This document shows, one piece after another, positions 17,471 through 26,941 of a stretch of DNA of 64,000 bases. A model generated the notes under the pieces. The model was not told the origin of the DNA. It saw nothing but the letters and a program-made list of their open reading frames with translations, and made no database searches. The translations under genes were made by a program, and so were the position numbers. The number at the start of each line of letters is the position of its first letter. Within the stretch, counting starts at the first letter, position 1. The stretch lies in the IMG/VR virus record IMGVR_UViG_3300028586_000764; one strand, written 5' to 3'. Source of the DNA: a virus. Lineage: Duplodnaviria; Heunggongvirae; Uroviricota; Caudoviricetes.

Positions 17471-18436
17471 TTAGCGGTAGGTACGCTCGAGACGGTCACG
17501 ACGGGACGTGAAACGCGAGAAGGCGTCGATTCGGTCCACCGGCACGGAGAACGAGCGATTGCCGAAGGCATTCGCGCGCAGCCAGGCCATTTCATCCTCG
17601 AACTGTTCCAGAGGTACTTCAATCCACCATGCCTTTTCCGAGTTGGGCTTGGTGCCATCCGACCAGCGGTACCCACGGTCCTTCAGGGCGTCCTTGACGT
17701 CATACGACGCACCGACTGCCCAGATGCGGCGGGCCTCCGTCTGGAAGTTGGACAGCACGTGCGCCAGCGGCGTACGGCCGTCACCGTCAACCAGTGGCTG
17801 GTCCAGTGCATGCAGCAGTGCCAGGCAGTCGGCATCAGCGCGGTGGGCTTCATAGTAGAAGCCCATGCGGAACGCGATGAATTCCAGCTTCGCACTGGCC
17901 ATGCCCGAGCTTTCCCAGTCAACCTGCGACAGCGAGCAAGCCCAAGGCTTACCTTTCATAAAGGGGAAGCGGCGCTCGCAGACTTCACGGTCAAAACGCG
18001 AATTGTGCGCAATGATGAAGTCCGACATTTCGACGGTCAACTGGACGGCGTCGTCGTTGATGCGCTTACCCTTGACCATGTCGTCGGTGATTCCGTTGAC
18101 ACGGGAGGCAGCTTCCGGAATCGGCATGCCGGGGTCTTCCAGTTCATTGAAGCGGTCCAGGGCGCTCAGCACACGGCCGGTAATGCGGTCGTAAGCAAAC
18201 GTCACCATGCCCAATTCGACAATGAGGTCGACCGAAGCGTCTTTGCCGGTTGTTTCGGTGTCAAGCACCGTAGCGATGCCAACGTCGGCACTGACCGGCA
18301 CGCGGTCGGGGCGGAACAGGGTTTCGGCGTCGAAACGGCGCAACACACGGAACTGCTGGCTGTCCTCAAGGGCTTTTGCCATCTGTTCCAGCGAAGTCGT
18401 AGGGGCTGCAACAGGGGCGTCCAGTAAATCTTGCAT
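17471..18436 (-). CDS. DEDDh 3'-5' exonuclease (DnaQ-like) with C-terminal extension
   Basis: The exonuclease motifs are VLDTETTG, IIAHNSRFD and HRADADCLALLHAL. The start at 18436 has an AAGGA RBS. The upstream part of the long ORF has non-protein-like composition. Confidence 0.85.
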   Translation of the reverse strand: MQDLLDAPVAAPTTSLEQMAKALEDSQQFRVLRRFDAETLFRPDRVPVSADVGIATVLDTETTGKDASVDLIVELGMVTFAYDRITGRVLSALDRFNELEDPGMPIPEAASRVNGITDDMVKGKRINDDAVQLTVEMSDFIIAHNSRFDREVCERRFPFMKGKPWACSLSQVDWESSGMASAKLEFIAFRMGFYYEAHRADADCLALLHALDQPLVDGDGRTPLAHVLSNFQTEARRIWAVGASYDVKDALKDRGYRWSDGTKPNSEKAWWIEVPLEQFEDEMAWLRANAFGNRSFSVPVDRIDAFSRFTSRRDRLERTYR

Positions 18437-18455
18437 GAAAAATTCCTTTTCTGTT

Positions 18456-18477
18456 AATGGTCTCATGCGGTATAGCC
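18456..18477 (-). promoter_or_regulatory. recurrent upstream element (GGCTATAC-N6-AGACCATT)
   Basis: The coding strand reads gtGGCTATACcgcatgAGACCATTaacagAAAAGGAAtttttcATG. Confidence 0.45.
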
Positions 18478-18607
18478 ACCCACACAAGTCGCACAGGTAG
18501 CCATTAAACCACGTTTTAGATGGGTTACTCAATTTATCGATTGGAACGTAGCATTTGTATCTGTTACACTGCGCTACGTTATAGACAATTTCCTTGTGGA
18601 CACTTTC

Positions 18608-19165
18608 ATGCAAACCGCCCTGTCGGCTCAATCGGCCGCTTACGCTCCGCCCGTCAGCCAGAATCCGATTGCCGAGCTTCCCGTGCCGAGCCACTCCCGC
18701 GCTGTCGCACACCTCTACGATGGCTGCCCTAACCCGGCGTTCGAGCTGCCTGGCATGATTCCGGAGTTCCTCCGTGGTCAAGTTTGCAAGACTCCACTTC
18801 GCGCGACGGTAGCTGTGCAGCAGGACGAGACACTGGCTGGAGCCGCTCTCGCCTATGGCGCCGTGTCGGCACATTTCATGGTCTCGCCGGACGCGCAGTA
18901 CGTGCAAGTATCGCTGGCCTGGCCCCATGTGCGCGCGTGGGGGCATGGCCAGTGCGACTTCCTGAAGGAACGCGCCCGCGCTCGCTGTATTCAGCAATAC
19001 GCTCAAGCGGCCCTGGCGCTGGCTCGGGAAATCGAGTTGGCTGTCCCAGGCGCGTGTGCGGTCCTGACGTTCGTAGGCGAGTGGGACGAGCAAAGTGTCC
19101 CTCTGCGTCGCAAATTGGCAGCAAAATTCGTAGAAATGCAGTTTGGGAGTGCAGTGCGCCACTAA
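18608..19165 (+). CDS. hypothetical protein (about 186 aa)
   Basis: The composition is protein-like and a terminator follows. It is preferred over the antisense N-terminal extension of ORF 17471..19180. An alternative GTG start is at 18596. Confidence 0.5.
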   Translation: MQTALSAQSAAYAPPVSQNPIAELPVPSHSRAVAHLYDGCPNPAFELPGMIPEFLRGQVCKTPLRATVAVQQDETLAGAALAYGAVSAHFMVSPDAQYVQVSLAWPHVRAWGHGQCDFLKERARARCIQQYAQAALALAREIELAVPGACAVLTFVGEWDEQSVPLRRKLAAKFVEMQFGSAVRH

Positions 19166-19191
19166 CTCAATCTGTTGCAATATCCTTAAAA

Positions 19192-19223
19192 GCCCGCCGG
19201 CATTTGCTGTGCGGGCTTTTTTG
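19192..19223 (+). terminator. rho-independent terminator
   Basis: The hairpin gcccgc-cggcatttgctgt-gcgggc is followed by TTTTTT. Confidence 0.75.
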
Positions 19224-19284
19224 TTAGAAGGATGTACTTTTAGTGGCGAGCCTTAAAAAGTGGCCGGGGATACAAGTCGTCAGT

Positions 19285-19330
19285 GGCTATACGAGGCAGT
19301 AGGACACAAATTCAACCCCCGTAGGACACA
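19285..19330 (+). promoter_or_regulatory. recurrent upstream element (GGCTATAC-N8-AGGACACA ... AGGACACA) for rIIA
   Basis: The sequence is gtGGCTATACgaggcagtAGGACACAaattcaacccccgtAGGACACAgacaatATG. Confidence 0.5.
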
Positions 19331-19336
19331 GACAAT

Positions 19337-21838
19337 ATGAAACTCGCAAATAGCCACGCTTCCGGAAATATCGTTGCCAGTGAGGGCATTCAGACCACGA
19401 GCGCGTTCGGCATCGCCCGCACGCCGCACATGTTCAACATCCTCTCCAGCGGCCTGTATTCCGATAAGATTGCGGCGGTACTACGCGAAATTAGCTGTAA
19501 CGCGATGGACGCCCACATCATGGGCGGTACTCCCGACAGACCTTTCCAGGTAAAGCTGCCAACGTCGCTCGACCGTTCCTTCCACGTGAAGGATTGGGGC
19601 CCAGGCCTGAACGACCAGGAGGTGCGCGAACTGTACACCACCTATGGCTGGTCGAGTAAGCAAAACAGTGACGACGTTACCGGTGCCTTCGGCCTGGGCT
19701 CGAAATCGCCGTTTGCGTACACGACGCAAAACGAAGAAGACAGCGATGGCTTCACCATCGTCTCGACAAAAGATGGCTTCAAGCGCATCTACACCTGCCA
19801 CATCGGTGAAGATGGTGCGCCGGCTATCAGCCGCCTGCACGAAGGCCCGGCCGACGCCGACTGGCCGCATGGCGTGATGGTCACCTTCCCGGTGCAGACG
19901 CGCGATATCGCTGAATTCCATCAGAAAGCCGTGGAAATCTATCAGTGGTTCCGCATCAAGCCGGAAATGCTCGGCCTGAATGGCCAGCTGTCGGCGCCCG
20001 AGTTCGACTTCCAGGGTTCGTTCTTCTCGATGAAACGCAAAGACAACGGTTCCGACCGTGGCGCTAGCGTCATCACCGGCAACGTGCGCTACCCCATCGA
20101 ACAGAGCCGCCTGGGCAGCCTGACGCCTATCGAAGAAGCGTTGCTGACGTCGAGCATCCACATGCACTTGCCAATCGGCCAAGTCATGATGACGCCGTCG
20201 CGTGAAACGCTGCAGTACACCGAGCAGACCAAGAGCAACCTGAAGCGACACCTCGCGGCCGCGGCCAACGAAGTTGCTGAACGCGTGCGTGAATACGTGA
20301 TGACGCCGGAGCCGACCCGATGGGCATGGTTCAAGAAGATTCACTCGTACCACGCATCCCTGCCTCACGGCATTCAGTATCGTATCGAGAAGTTCCTGGA
20401 AGCTGCCGGCGTGCCTGAAGAAGAAATCAAGATGGTGTCGCAAGCGGTGAAAGAGAACACCATCGAAGTACCCGGCTGGGTCGGCGATGGCATCGGCGGT
20501 CCGGCCGTGGAGTTCGAGTTCAACGAAGACGGCACGTACAAGCGTGACGCTCAGGGCATGCGTGTTGTGGTGCCGCGAGAACACAACTTCGGCGCCCGTG
20601 TCTATCTGTACGGATATGACAAGGCTCGTGATGCCGTCAGCCGCCGTGAGTTCATCAACGGCCGTGTGGCCAAAGGTGGCGACAAGCATGGCCGCGTGCA
20701 GCTGAGTTTCCTGTCGAGCATCCACGTGTACTACGCGGACGACAAACTGGCTGACCAGCGCGTGCGCGCGGCGGTGCGTGATGGCGAATGCAACTACGCA
20801 ATGTTGGTCACACCTTGTAAAGGCACGCCTCAAGCATATGCGGCAGAGTACGCCGCACGTCTCGTGGGCAAAAAAGGCCTGGACGGTGTACCCTCGTTCG
20901 GCGTCTCCACACTGGAGATTCCGAGTGCGGTCGAAGAAGCGCGTGAGCGTCGCCGTCGTTTCAAGGAACTGGGCCCACGCGCTACCTTTGCAGACCACGA
21001 AGTGCACTACCTGAGCCTGAACGGCAACATGGCCCGCACCACCCTGGGCGAACTGGAGGACAGCGACCTGTTCTACATGACGGCTACCAAGCTCAACGAA
21101 ATTCGTAAAGGCACTGTTCGCAACAAAGCCGACACGTACGACCACAGCTTCCCCGGCAGCTATCTCGGCGAAGTCGTGCGCAGTATCCGCATCATCGTAG
21201 AGGAACTGGGCTTGCCGGTCTCCGGAATGGTGTTGATGCCAACGGAAGGCGCTGCCCGCCGACTGAAACTGCCGGAACAGGGCTTCAAGCCCTTCCTGCC
21301 GTATTTCGTCGGGGAGCTGAAGGCCAACCGTACGCGCTGGGAAGCACTGACCGCGACGGTCGACCGTACACCACGTGTGGACATGTCGTCGCAGTACAGC
21401 GCCAAGCAGTATGGCTGGCTCGGTACGCTGGGTCATGAGATGCATCGCAACAGCGAGTTCTGGCAGCACTTCGAGGCCGAATTCTCGACCTCGCCGGTAA
21501 CGCATGCCGTTCGGGAATTCGTCAAGAACTCGGACAGCAGCAAGGAAAAGGAGGCAGTGCCGGCCAATCCTGTGTTGCAGGCACTGCAGCTGGTGGCCAC
21601 TCACCTGACCAATCACGGTCTGCCTGAAACGTCGGTGAAGCCGCTGTCGTACTACCAAGTGCGCAACGTGTTCGAGGAGATGGCACCTAGCTTCGAGATT
21701 ATCAACCAGGACGCCATGTGCAACTGGATGCGCGACAGTGACAACCATGAGCACGCCCTGTCGACGTTCCGCATGGTTCTGCAGCTGGACGGGCTGACGG
21801 ACGAAACGAGCGGTCGCACGCTTCGCCTCGTCGCATAA
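19337..21838 (+). CDS. rIIA: rIIA-like protein (N-terminal GHKL/Hsp90-like ATPase domain)
   Basis: FNILSSGLYSDKIAAVLREISCNAMDAH...KDWGPGLND...GAFGLGSKSPFAYTT aligns with T4 rIIA [28 protein letters not shown]...RDFGPGMSD...GGFGLGSKSPFSYTD. Confidence 0.9.
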   Translation: MKLANSHASGNIVASEGIQTTSAFGIARTPHMFNILSSGLYSDKIAAVLREISCNAMDAHIMGGTPDRPFQVKLPTSLDRSFHVKDWGPGLNDQEVRELYTTYGWSSKQNSDDVTGAFGLGSKSPFAYTTQNEEDSDGFTIVSTKDGFKRIYTCHIGEDGAPAISRLHEGPADADWPHGVMVTFPVQTRDIAEFHQKAVEIYQWFRIKPEMLGLNGQLSAPEFDFQGSFFSMKRKDNGSDRGASVITGNVRYPIEQSRLGSLTPIEEALLTSSIHMHLPIGQVMMTPSRETLQYTEQTKSNLKRHLAAAANEVAERVREYVMTPEPTRWAWFKKIHSYHASLPHGIQYRIEKFLEAAGVPEEEIKMVSQAVKENTIEVPGWVGDGIGGPAVEFEFNEDGTYKRDAQGMRVVVPREHNFGARVYLYGYDKARDAVSRREFINGRVAKGGDKHGRVQLSFLSSIHVYYADDKLADQRVRAAVRDGECNYAMLVTPCKGTPQAYAAEYAARLVGKKGLDGVPSFGVSTLEIPSAVEEARERRRRFKELGPRATFADHEVHYLSLNGNMARTTLGELEDSDLFYMTATKLNEIRKGTVRNKADTYDHSFPGSYLGEVVRSIRIIVEELGLPVSGMVLMPTEGAARRLKLPEQGFKPFLPYFVGELKANRTRWEALTATVDRTPRVDMSSQYSAKQYGWLGTLGHEMHRNSEFWQHFEAEFSTSPVTHAVREFVKNSDSSKEKEAVPANPVLQALQLVATHLTNHGLPETSVKPLSYYQVRNVFEEMAPSFEIINQDAMCNWMRDSDNHEHALSTFRMVLQLDGLTDETSGRTLRLVA

Positions 21839-21858
21839 CGAAACTACCGCAATTCTTC

Positions 21859-21887
21859 AGCCCCGGGGACTTCCTCGGGGCTTTTTT
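21859..21887 (+). terminator. rho-independent terminator
   Basis: The hairpin gccccg-gggacttcct-cggggc is followed by TTTTTT. Confidence 0.85.
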
Positions 21888-21952
21888 CGTCGCACGAGTC
21901 GTCAGCACCCTGCATTTTAGAAGGAATCCAGGCGCTGCATGTAAATCTCGTT

Positions 21953-21994
21953 GCTATAGGTTAAGCGGGACTGTACTGGCCCCGCTAGGCACAT
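21953..21994 (+). promoter_or_regulatory. variant upstream element (GCTATAG ... AGGCACAT) for rIIB
   Basis: The sequence is ttGCTATAGgttaagcgggactgtactggccccgctAGGCACATttcAAGGAGaagaatcaATG. Confidence 0.35.
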
Positions 21995-22011
21995 TTCAAG
22001 GAGAAGAATCA

Positions 22012-23151
22012 ATGAGCTATATCCGCACCCTCGGTGGTATTCACATGGTCATCGACGGCAAGCCCATCGCGGTTGCCCAAAGTGACAAGCATTTCCAATC
22101 GGTCCTCGAGGCGCTCAAGCGCAAAGCGACGGATGCGGAAATTCTCGACATTCTCGACTCCGAGAAACGTCGCATGGAAGCCGCGGTGCAGGTCGCGCCG
22201 GGTATCGAAATCAAAGGCGGACAGCTGTACTACCAGAACGAGCCGGTTGCCGGCGTGCTGGGCGAGCGCATGATGCAGATGGTCGATGAAGGCTTCGACC
22301 TGACGCCAATGGCAGCCTTCCTGCGAAACCTGATGGAAAACCCGTCCAAGCGCGTGGTCGACCACCTGTACGGTTTCCTGGAATACGGCAAGAACGCCAT
22401 CACCGAAGACGGCTGCTTCCTGGCTTACAAGGCGGTTACCGCCGAATACAAGGACATCTACACCGAAACGTTCGACAACTCGGTCGGTCAGGTCGTCAAG
22501 ATGCCACGCAACCGCGTCAACGAAGACCCTAACCAGACCTGCAGCGACGGCCTGCACGTGTGCAGCTTCGAGTACCTGGATTCGGCGTATGCCCGCAACA
22601 GCGGCCACGTGATGATTTGCAAAATCAATCCGGCCCACGTCGTTGCAGTCCCGACGGACTACAACAACACCAAGATGCGCGTGTGCGAATACGAAGTCAT
22701 GGGTGAGCACGTCGACTACTACCAAAGCAAGAACGACACGCTGTCGGCAACCTCGGTGGCCACCAGCACCAACTCGAACTTCCGCGTCGACGTCGACTAT
22801 GGCAGCGGCTATGGCCATGAAGACGACTTTGAACGCCTGTCGGAAGCTGCGGACCACATGGAATCGCTGCTGGACCGTGACGACGTCAAATCGGTGCGCG
22901 TGGTCAACATCAAGACGGACGCTGTGGTGGACGAGCAGGACAACCCTGACTACGACGATGGCGAAGGCAGCGACGACGACGAGTCGTACACCATCTTCGG
23001 CATCCAGTCGGGTGGCGGTCGCATCCAACTGGAAGATGGCTTCGACAGCGTCAACGATGCTGTCATGGAAGCACTGGAATACGAGAACGGCGTCTACGTC
23101 CGTATCGAAATCGTCGACCAGGACGACAAGGTCGTCAAGACCCTGAGCTGA
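22012..23151 (+). CDS. rIIB: rIIB-like protein
   Basis: IKGGQLYYQN...MENPSKRVVDHLYGFL...ITEDGCFLAYKAV...TFDNSVGQVVKMPRNRVNEDPNQTCSDGLHVCS...KMRVCEYEV aligns with T4 rIIB. The C-terminal half is acidic. Confidence 0.9.
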   Translation: MSYIRTLGGIHMVIDGKPIAVAQSDKHFQSVLEALKRKATDAEILDILDSEKRRMEAAVQVAPGIEIKGGQLYYQNEPVAGVLGERMMQMVDEGFDLTPMAAFLRNLMENPSKRVVDHLYGFLEYGKNAITEDGCFLAYKAVTAEYKDIYTETFDNSVGQVVKMPRNRVNEDPNQTCSDGLHVCSFEYLDSAYARNSGHVMICKINPAHVVAVPTDYNNTKMRVCEYEVMGEHVDYYQSKNDTLSATSVATSTNSNFRVDVDYGSGYGHEDDFERLSEAADHMESLLDRDDVKSVRVVNIKTDAVVDEQDNPDYDDGEGSDDDESYTIFGIQSGGGRIQLEDGFDSVNDAVMEALEYENGVYVRIEIVDQDDKVVKTLS

Positions 23152-23157
23152 TGGCTT

Positions 23158-23192
23158 GGCCGGCGACTGGAGGTATCTCCATGTCGCCGGCC
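23158..23192. repeat. perfect inverted repeat (10-bp arms) immediately after rIIB stop
   Basis: The repeat is GGCCGGCGAC-tggaggtatctccat-GTCGCCGGCC. The T-run lies 8 nt away, so it may be an operator or a weak terminator. Confidence 0.5.
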
Positions 23193-23209
23193 AGAACCTG
23201 ATTTTCCAA

Positions 23210-23240
23210 GGCTTCGTCTCCGGACGAAGCCTTTTTCTTT
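23210..23240 (+). terminator. rho-independent terminator
   Basis: The hairpin ggcttcgtc-tccg-gacgaagcc is followed by TTTTTCTTT. Confidence 0.85.
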
Positions 23241-23261
23241 GCCTGTGTTGAGTTCCCCATG

Positions 23262-23288
23262 AAAAAACGCGCCAGATGGCGCGTTTTC
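23262..23288 (-). terminator. rho-independent terminator for the minus-strand gene cluster
   Basis: The minus strand reads aacgcgcca-tct-ggcgcgtt followed by TTTTTT. Confidence 0.8.
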
Positions 23289-23314
23289 AGCTAATGGGCT
23301 AGCCGCCCTATCGT

Positions 23315-23602
23315 TCATAGACCGTAGTATCGACCTGCCGACGGCTCATGCGAATCTTTCGCACGCCACCATTGCCACCAGGCGGGAGGCGCCCACTTAG
23401 CTGCTTTAGCCGCCTCGTTGCAAAGACGGATAGCCTCCTCTTCGTTGGGTGCGAATGCGTGAATTACGTCCGGCCTGCTGAACGGGGTCCTTGTGAACAG
23501 GATGCAGGCGTCGTAACCTTTTCTATTTGGTGCTAGAGACAAGGCTAGAGGGCTCCACGAGCTTTTTCTGGGCAGGGCGTAACTTGTTGGCGATTTTGAC
23601 AA
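23315..23602 (-). CDS. hypothetical protein (95 aa)
   Basis: The ORF has a dedicated terminator. It overlaps the 3' end of the DUF4031 gene by about 80 nt and the start is uncertain. Confidence 0.4.
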   Translation of the reverse strand: MSKSPTSYALPRKSSWSPLALSLAPNRKGYDACILFTRTPFSRPDVIHAFAPNEEEAIRLCNEAAKAAKWAPPAWWQWWRAKDSHEPSAGRYYGL

Positions 23603-23822
23603 TGTCTCGGGGCCTCACCGCATGTGCCCCGGCTGCCAAAACTTTCTCTCGCTGCTCGTCCGTTACGTCGTAGTGAGGGTGTCGGGCACCGCGATGAAAC
23701 GACGACCTCGCAATGCCCTGCGCCTGGGCGAACGTGTGCAGCTCTTCAAGGCTGTCCGCGGTCATGTGGAAGCGAGGCGTACCCCTTAAGATGATTGCCG
23801 CGTCATCGACATATACCGCCAT
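23523..23822 (-). CDS. DUF4031 family protein
   Basis: The DUF4031-like pattern is MAVYVDDAAIILRGTPRFHMTADSLEELHTFAQAQGI...FHRGARHPHYDVT. There is an AAGGAG RBS 7 nt from the ATG at 23822. Confidence 0.7.
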   Translation of the reverse strand: MAVYVDDAAIILRGTPRFHMTADSLEELHTFAQAQGIARSSFHRGARHPHYDVTDEQREKVLAAGAHAVRPRDIVKIANKLRPAQKKLVEPSSLVSSTK

Positions 23823-23826
23823 ACTT

Positions 23827-24687
23827 TCACTCCTTTTCCAATAGCCTGCCACGGGGCACATCATACCGCTGCCAGAAGCCTCGGAAGATTTCTTGTTCTG
23901 CCGTGACGCGCTTCATCATCGGGCAAGCGAATCGAATAACCAGCGTATGCGACTTCGAGTCCGTCGACTGCCACAGGACTTTTGGCTGCGAACTTGGAAG
24001 GTCCACGAATTCCACACCTTCAATACGTTCGAGGTGGGCATCGGCTTTAACCTGCCAGCCGGACGTCGCGGCTTCAGCCGCATCGAGAGCAGCTTTCTCA
24101 GCTTTCTCGAAGTCTACGTCGTAAGGGACCACGATAGGCAGAAGGTCGACGATGTACTCGCCGGTGGCACTGGAATTACGCACCGGCTGATTGAGCACTG
24201 CACTATTGGGCATGGACAGAGTCTTGCCCGTCAGTTGGTGAGCAGTACCAGTCTCTGCCAGCGTAGTGGTAAAGACATCGATGTCGATGACTCGCCCCTC
24301 TTTCCCTGCGATTTCGATGAAGTCACCCACTCGGTAACTGCGCGAAGTCGTAATCATCACGTAGCCCAGGATGCACATCAAAAGCTCTTTGGACACAAGA
24401 AGGATGGCGCCACCAACTGCAGCCAGGGACAGCATCAGGCCTGCCAGCTTGGTGGCCCAAATAGCAATGACGATGAACACCATCGTGACCCAAACGATGT
24501 TCTTGGCGTGTACGAGCTTTTCACGAGTACGCGATGCGTCCTGGCCGTTACTCGTGCGCAGGAGGAATCGGCCCCAGAGGCGAGTAATCATCACGGCCAG
24601 GCCGATGGTGATAGCCGTGGCAACGATGCGGCCGAGTTCGGTCGCATAATAGTTCTGTAAGACTGCCAGGATGGATTTCAGAGTCAT
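23827..24687 (-). CDS. small-conductance mechanosensitive channel (MscS family)
   Basis: Three TM segments are followed by the MscS beta domain GDFIEIAGKEGRVIDIDVFTTTL...LSMPNSAVLNQPVRN. Confidence 0.85.
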   Translation of the reverse strand: MTLKSILAVLQNYYATELGRIVATAITIGLAVMITRLWGRFLLRTSNGQDASRTREKLVHAKNIVWVTMVFIVIAIWATKLAGLMLSLAAVGGAILLVSKELLMCILGYVMITTSRSYRVGDFIEIAGKEGRVIDIDVFTTTLAETGTAHQLTGKTLSMPNSAVLNQPVRNSSATGEYIVDLLPIVVPYDVDFEKAEKAALDAAEAATSGWQVKADAHLERIEGVEFVDLPSSQPKVLWQSTDSKSHTLVIRFACPMMKRVTAEQEIFRGFWQRYDVPRGRLLEKE

Positions 24688-24696
24688 GGATTGCGG

Positions 24697-25218
24697 TTAG
24701 AAGGTAGGAACAGTAAAGCCTTGAGCAGCAAAAAGCGCGCGGTCAGCTACGACAACGGCGGCAACGCGCGGACAAAGCTCGCGCCAGTGGCATGCGAAAT
24801 GCTCTTTGTGTCTGGGAAGGTCGGCGAAAGACCGGTGCACTTCGGCTTCGAGGAAGTGACGGTCATGCACAGCCCAATGTTCAACACAGATGTACTCGCC
24901 GACCACGGCCTCGTTATTGAGGCGCTTGAGACGTTTGTCCGGCGCCAGGCGCGTCATGCCAACCTTGAGAAAGTCCGGTGTCACCGGGTTGGCGACAACG
25001 TACAGATGGCCGTGATTTTTCTTCCAGAGGGCTGCCAGTGACGCGTGCGCAAAATCCGTCCATTCGTCGGCTAGAACGTGTTCTCGGATAGCACGGGCGA
25101 CGTCAGTTTTGCCGGCGCGGATGGCTCGAGCGAGCAATCGGCCATGGGCGAGCGTGTCCTGTGCTGTAAAGGCACTGAACAGGCGCGTAAGGGTTTGATT
25201 GGATACAGAGGGTTGCAT
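24697..25218 (-). CDS. T5orf172 (GIY-YIG-like) domain protein
   Basis: GHLYVVANPVTPDFLKVGMTRLAPDKRLKRLNNEAVVGEY...EAEVHRSFAD is T5orf172-like. The start at 25218 has a weak RBS. Confidence 0.65.
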   Translation of the reverse strand: MQPSVSNQTLTRLFSAFTAQDTLAHGRLLARAIRAGKTDVARAIREHVLADEWTDFAHASLAALWKKNHGHLYVVANPVTPDFLKVGMTRLAPDKRLKRLNNEAVVGEYICVEHWAVHDRHFLEAEVHRSFADLPRHKEHFACHWRELCPRVAAVVVADRALFAAQGFTVPTF

Positions 25219-25334
25219 CCAATTATGTAGCAAGTTGACTTTATCCCAAAGCACTGGCTAACCGATTGCTGCTGCGGACGAGTCGGCGTTGCCTAGACAA
25301 CGTTGAAGATACTTTAATGAGTATAAAGCGCCAC

Positions 25335-25362
25335 GCTATACCGGGAGGACCGCGGACTATAC
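25335..25362 (+). promoter_or_regulatory. recurrent upstream element (GCTATAC-N4-AGGACCGC, then CTATAC)
   Basis: The sequence is cacGCTATACcgggAGGACCGCggaCTATACgtcg, about 50 nt upstream of 25413. Confidence 0.4.
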
Positions 25363-25412
25363 GTCGTATGACCGTCTCGGCATATCACTATTCACACGAA
25401 TCAAGAGGCGCC

Positions 25413-26768
25413 ATGAATCAAGAACTGCAAGAGTTGCTGCGAACTCCCCGCGAGGACCTGGATATCGAGCTTAAACAGTGGATGGACCCGGAAGACAAAT
25501 CGGTTCAAGCAAAATTTGCAAAAGAGTTGTTGGCACTCAGGAATCATGGAGGGGGCTATCTGGTTGTAGGGTTCTTGGATGAGCACCCTCCTTCGGAGGA
25601 CCCTGCACGCCCTGAAAATTTGTCTGCGTTCAGTACGGACTACTTCAATAACATCATTAAAAAATATGCCGAGCCTCCATTTCACTGTAACTCCCGAGTA
25701 ATTGTCCACCCGGTAAGTGGCAAAGAGTACCCTATTGTCGTGGTCCCAGGCGGAGCAACCCATCCCGTTCGATGCAAGGCGGATTCTCCTGATATGGGAA
25801 AAAGTGCCAAAATTAACAGCTATTACATTCGTCGCCCGGGCCCGGAAAGCAATACTCCACAGTCGGGCGCTGAATGGGACGAACTGATTAAGCGGTGTAT
25901 GTTGGCACAAAAAGAATCCATGCTTTCTGCCATTGCAACGCTAATGGGGCTAAACCGTGGCAGTGTCTCGGCCTATGTCCCTGCTGAGCCAATTCATCCT
26001 CTTTCGGAACTTCGGAAGTTCCGAGACGAAGCAATTGCAGCACTGGAGACCTTACAGCAAACGAAATTGCCAGCAAACGACGCTGCCCGCTTTCCAAACG
26101 GTCGATATGTCCTGTCTGCTCGAATTGTCGGACAGCTACAGAACCTTACGCAAAAAGAAATGCTTGACCGACTCACACGGCTGCGCCGCTACACGGGTTG
26201 GTCTCCTCTGTACGTATTTTCGCGCCCCGAACTTGCCCCCTATCCTGTGGATGAAAGGCAGGTGGAGTGCTGGTTAGGTCAGGGAGAGGACAGGGACGTG
26301 GGCCACGCCGATTTTTGGCGAATGTCTACCGATGGCTTCGTGACGCTGATTAGGGGCCATCAGGAAGATGGCCATGAAGCGGCAACTACCGGCATCCACC
26401 CTGGAAAAGGACTGGAGCTCACATTGCCCGCATGGCGTATCGCAGAGTTTCTGCTTCGGGTACGAGAATACGGAGCAGCGGTCACCGAAGGAGACTTTAC
26501 CATTCAACTAATCGTACAGTGGGAAGGCCTTGAAGGTCGACAGCTGTTCAGTTATGGAAACCGGCGTTGGCTTCCTGAGGGCTTTGAGGCAAAAGTCCAA
26601 AACTACCAAAAGGAAGTGGAGTTAACGCCGGCGGAAATTGATGTGGCACTTCCGACAGTATTGAATACTCTGGTAACTCCGCTCCTACGCCACTTTTCAT
26701 TTTTTGAACCCCCAGCGGATTTCTACGAGGGGGAACTAGGAGCGCTACAGAATCGAGGCAGCTTGTAA
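25413..26768 (+). CDS. AlbA_2 (Schlafen-like putative DNA-binding) domain protein with about 300-aa C-terminal domain
   Basis: LDIELKQWMDPEDKSVQAKFAKELLALRNHGGGYLVVGF is AlbA_2-like. There is an AGAGG RBS. Confidence 0.7.
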   Translation: MNQELQELLRTPREDLDIELKQWMDPEDKSVQAKFAKELLALRNHGGGYLVVGFLDEHPPSEDPARPENLSAFSTDYFNNIIKKYAEPPFHCNSRVIVHPVSGKEYPIVVVPGGATHPVRCKADSPDMGKSAKINSYYIRRPGPESNTPQSGAEWDELIKRCMLAQKESMLSAIATLMGLNRGSVSAYVPAEPIHPLSELRKFRDEAIAALETLQQTKLPANDAARFPNGRYVLSARIVGQLQNLTQKEMLDRLTRLRRYTGWSPLYVFSRPELAPYPVDERQVECWLGQGEDRDVGHADFWRMSTDGFVTLIRGHQEDGHEAATTGIHPGKGLELTLPAWRIAEFLLRVREYGAAVTEGDFTIQLIVQWEGLEGRQLFSYGNRRWLPEGFEAKVQNYQKEVELTPAEIDVALPTVLNTLVTPLLRHFSFFEPPADFYEGELGALQNRGSL

Positions 26769-26821
26769 TTCGTTCCTGGCTGTGCAGTAGATACGCCAAG
26801 CGAGTCTGGTATGTCTTGTCG

Positions 26822-26847
26822 AAAAAGCGCAACCTTTGGGTTGCGCT
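26822..26847 (-). terminator. rho-independent terminator
   Basis: The minus strand reads agcgcaacc-caaa-ggttgcgct followed by TTTTTC. Confidence 0.75.
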
Positions 26848-26941
26848 ATCTTTCAATCTAGACAGAAAAAACGTCCCGGAATCCGGAACTCACGCGTATT
26901 ACGCACGTGAGCCCAAATTTCGGGACGTAGAAATGCTGGAG

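Noticed and set aside
18437-19180. N-terminal 248 aa of ORF 17471..19180 (-)
   Set aside because: The exonuclease domain starts at the internal ATG at 18436, which has an AAGGA RBS. The upstream part is Cys/His/Arg-rich and overlaps a more plausible + strand gene that has its own terminator.
19481-21754. 757-aa minus-strand ORF
   Set aside because: It is antisense to rIIA, whose T4 homology is residue-level.
22009-23028. 339-aa minus-strand ORF
   Set aside because: It is antisense to rIIB.
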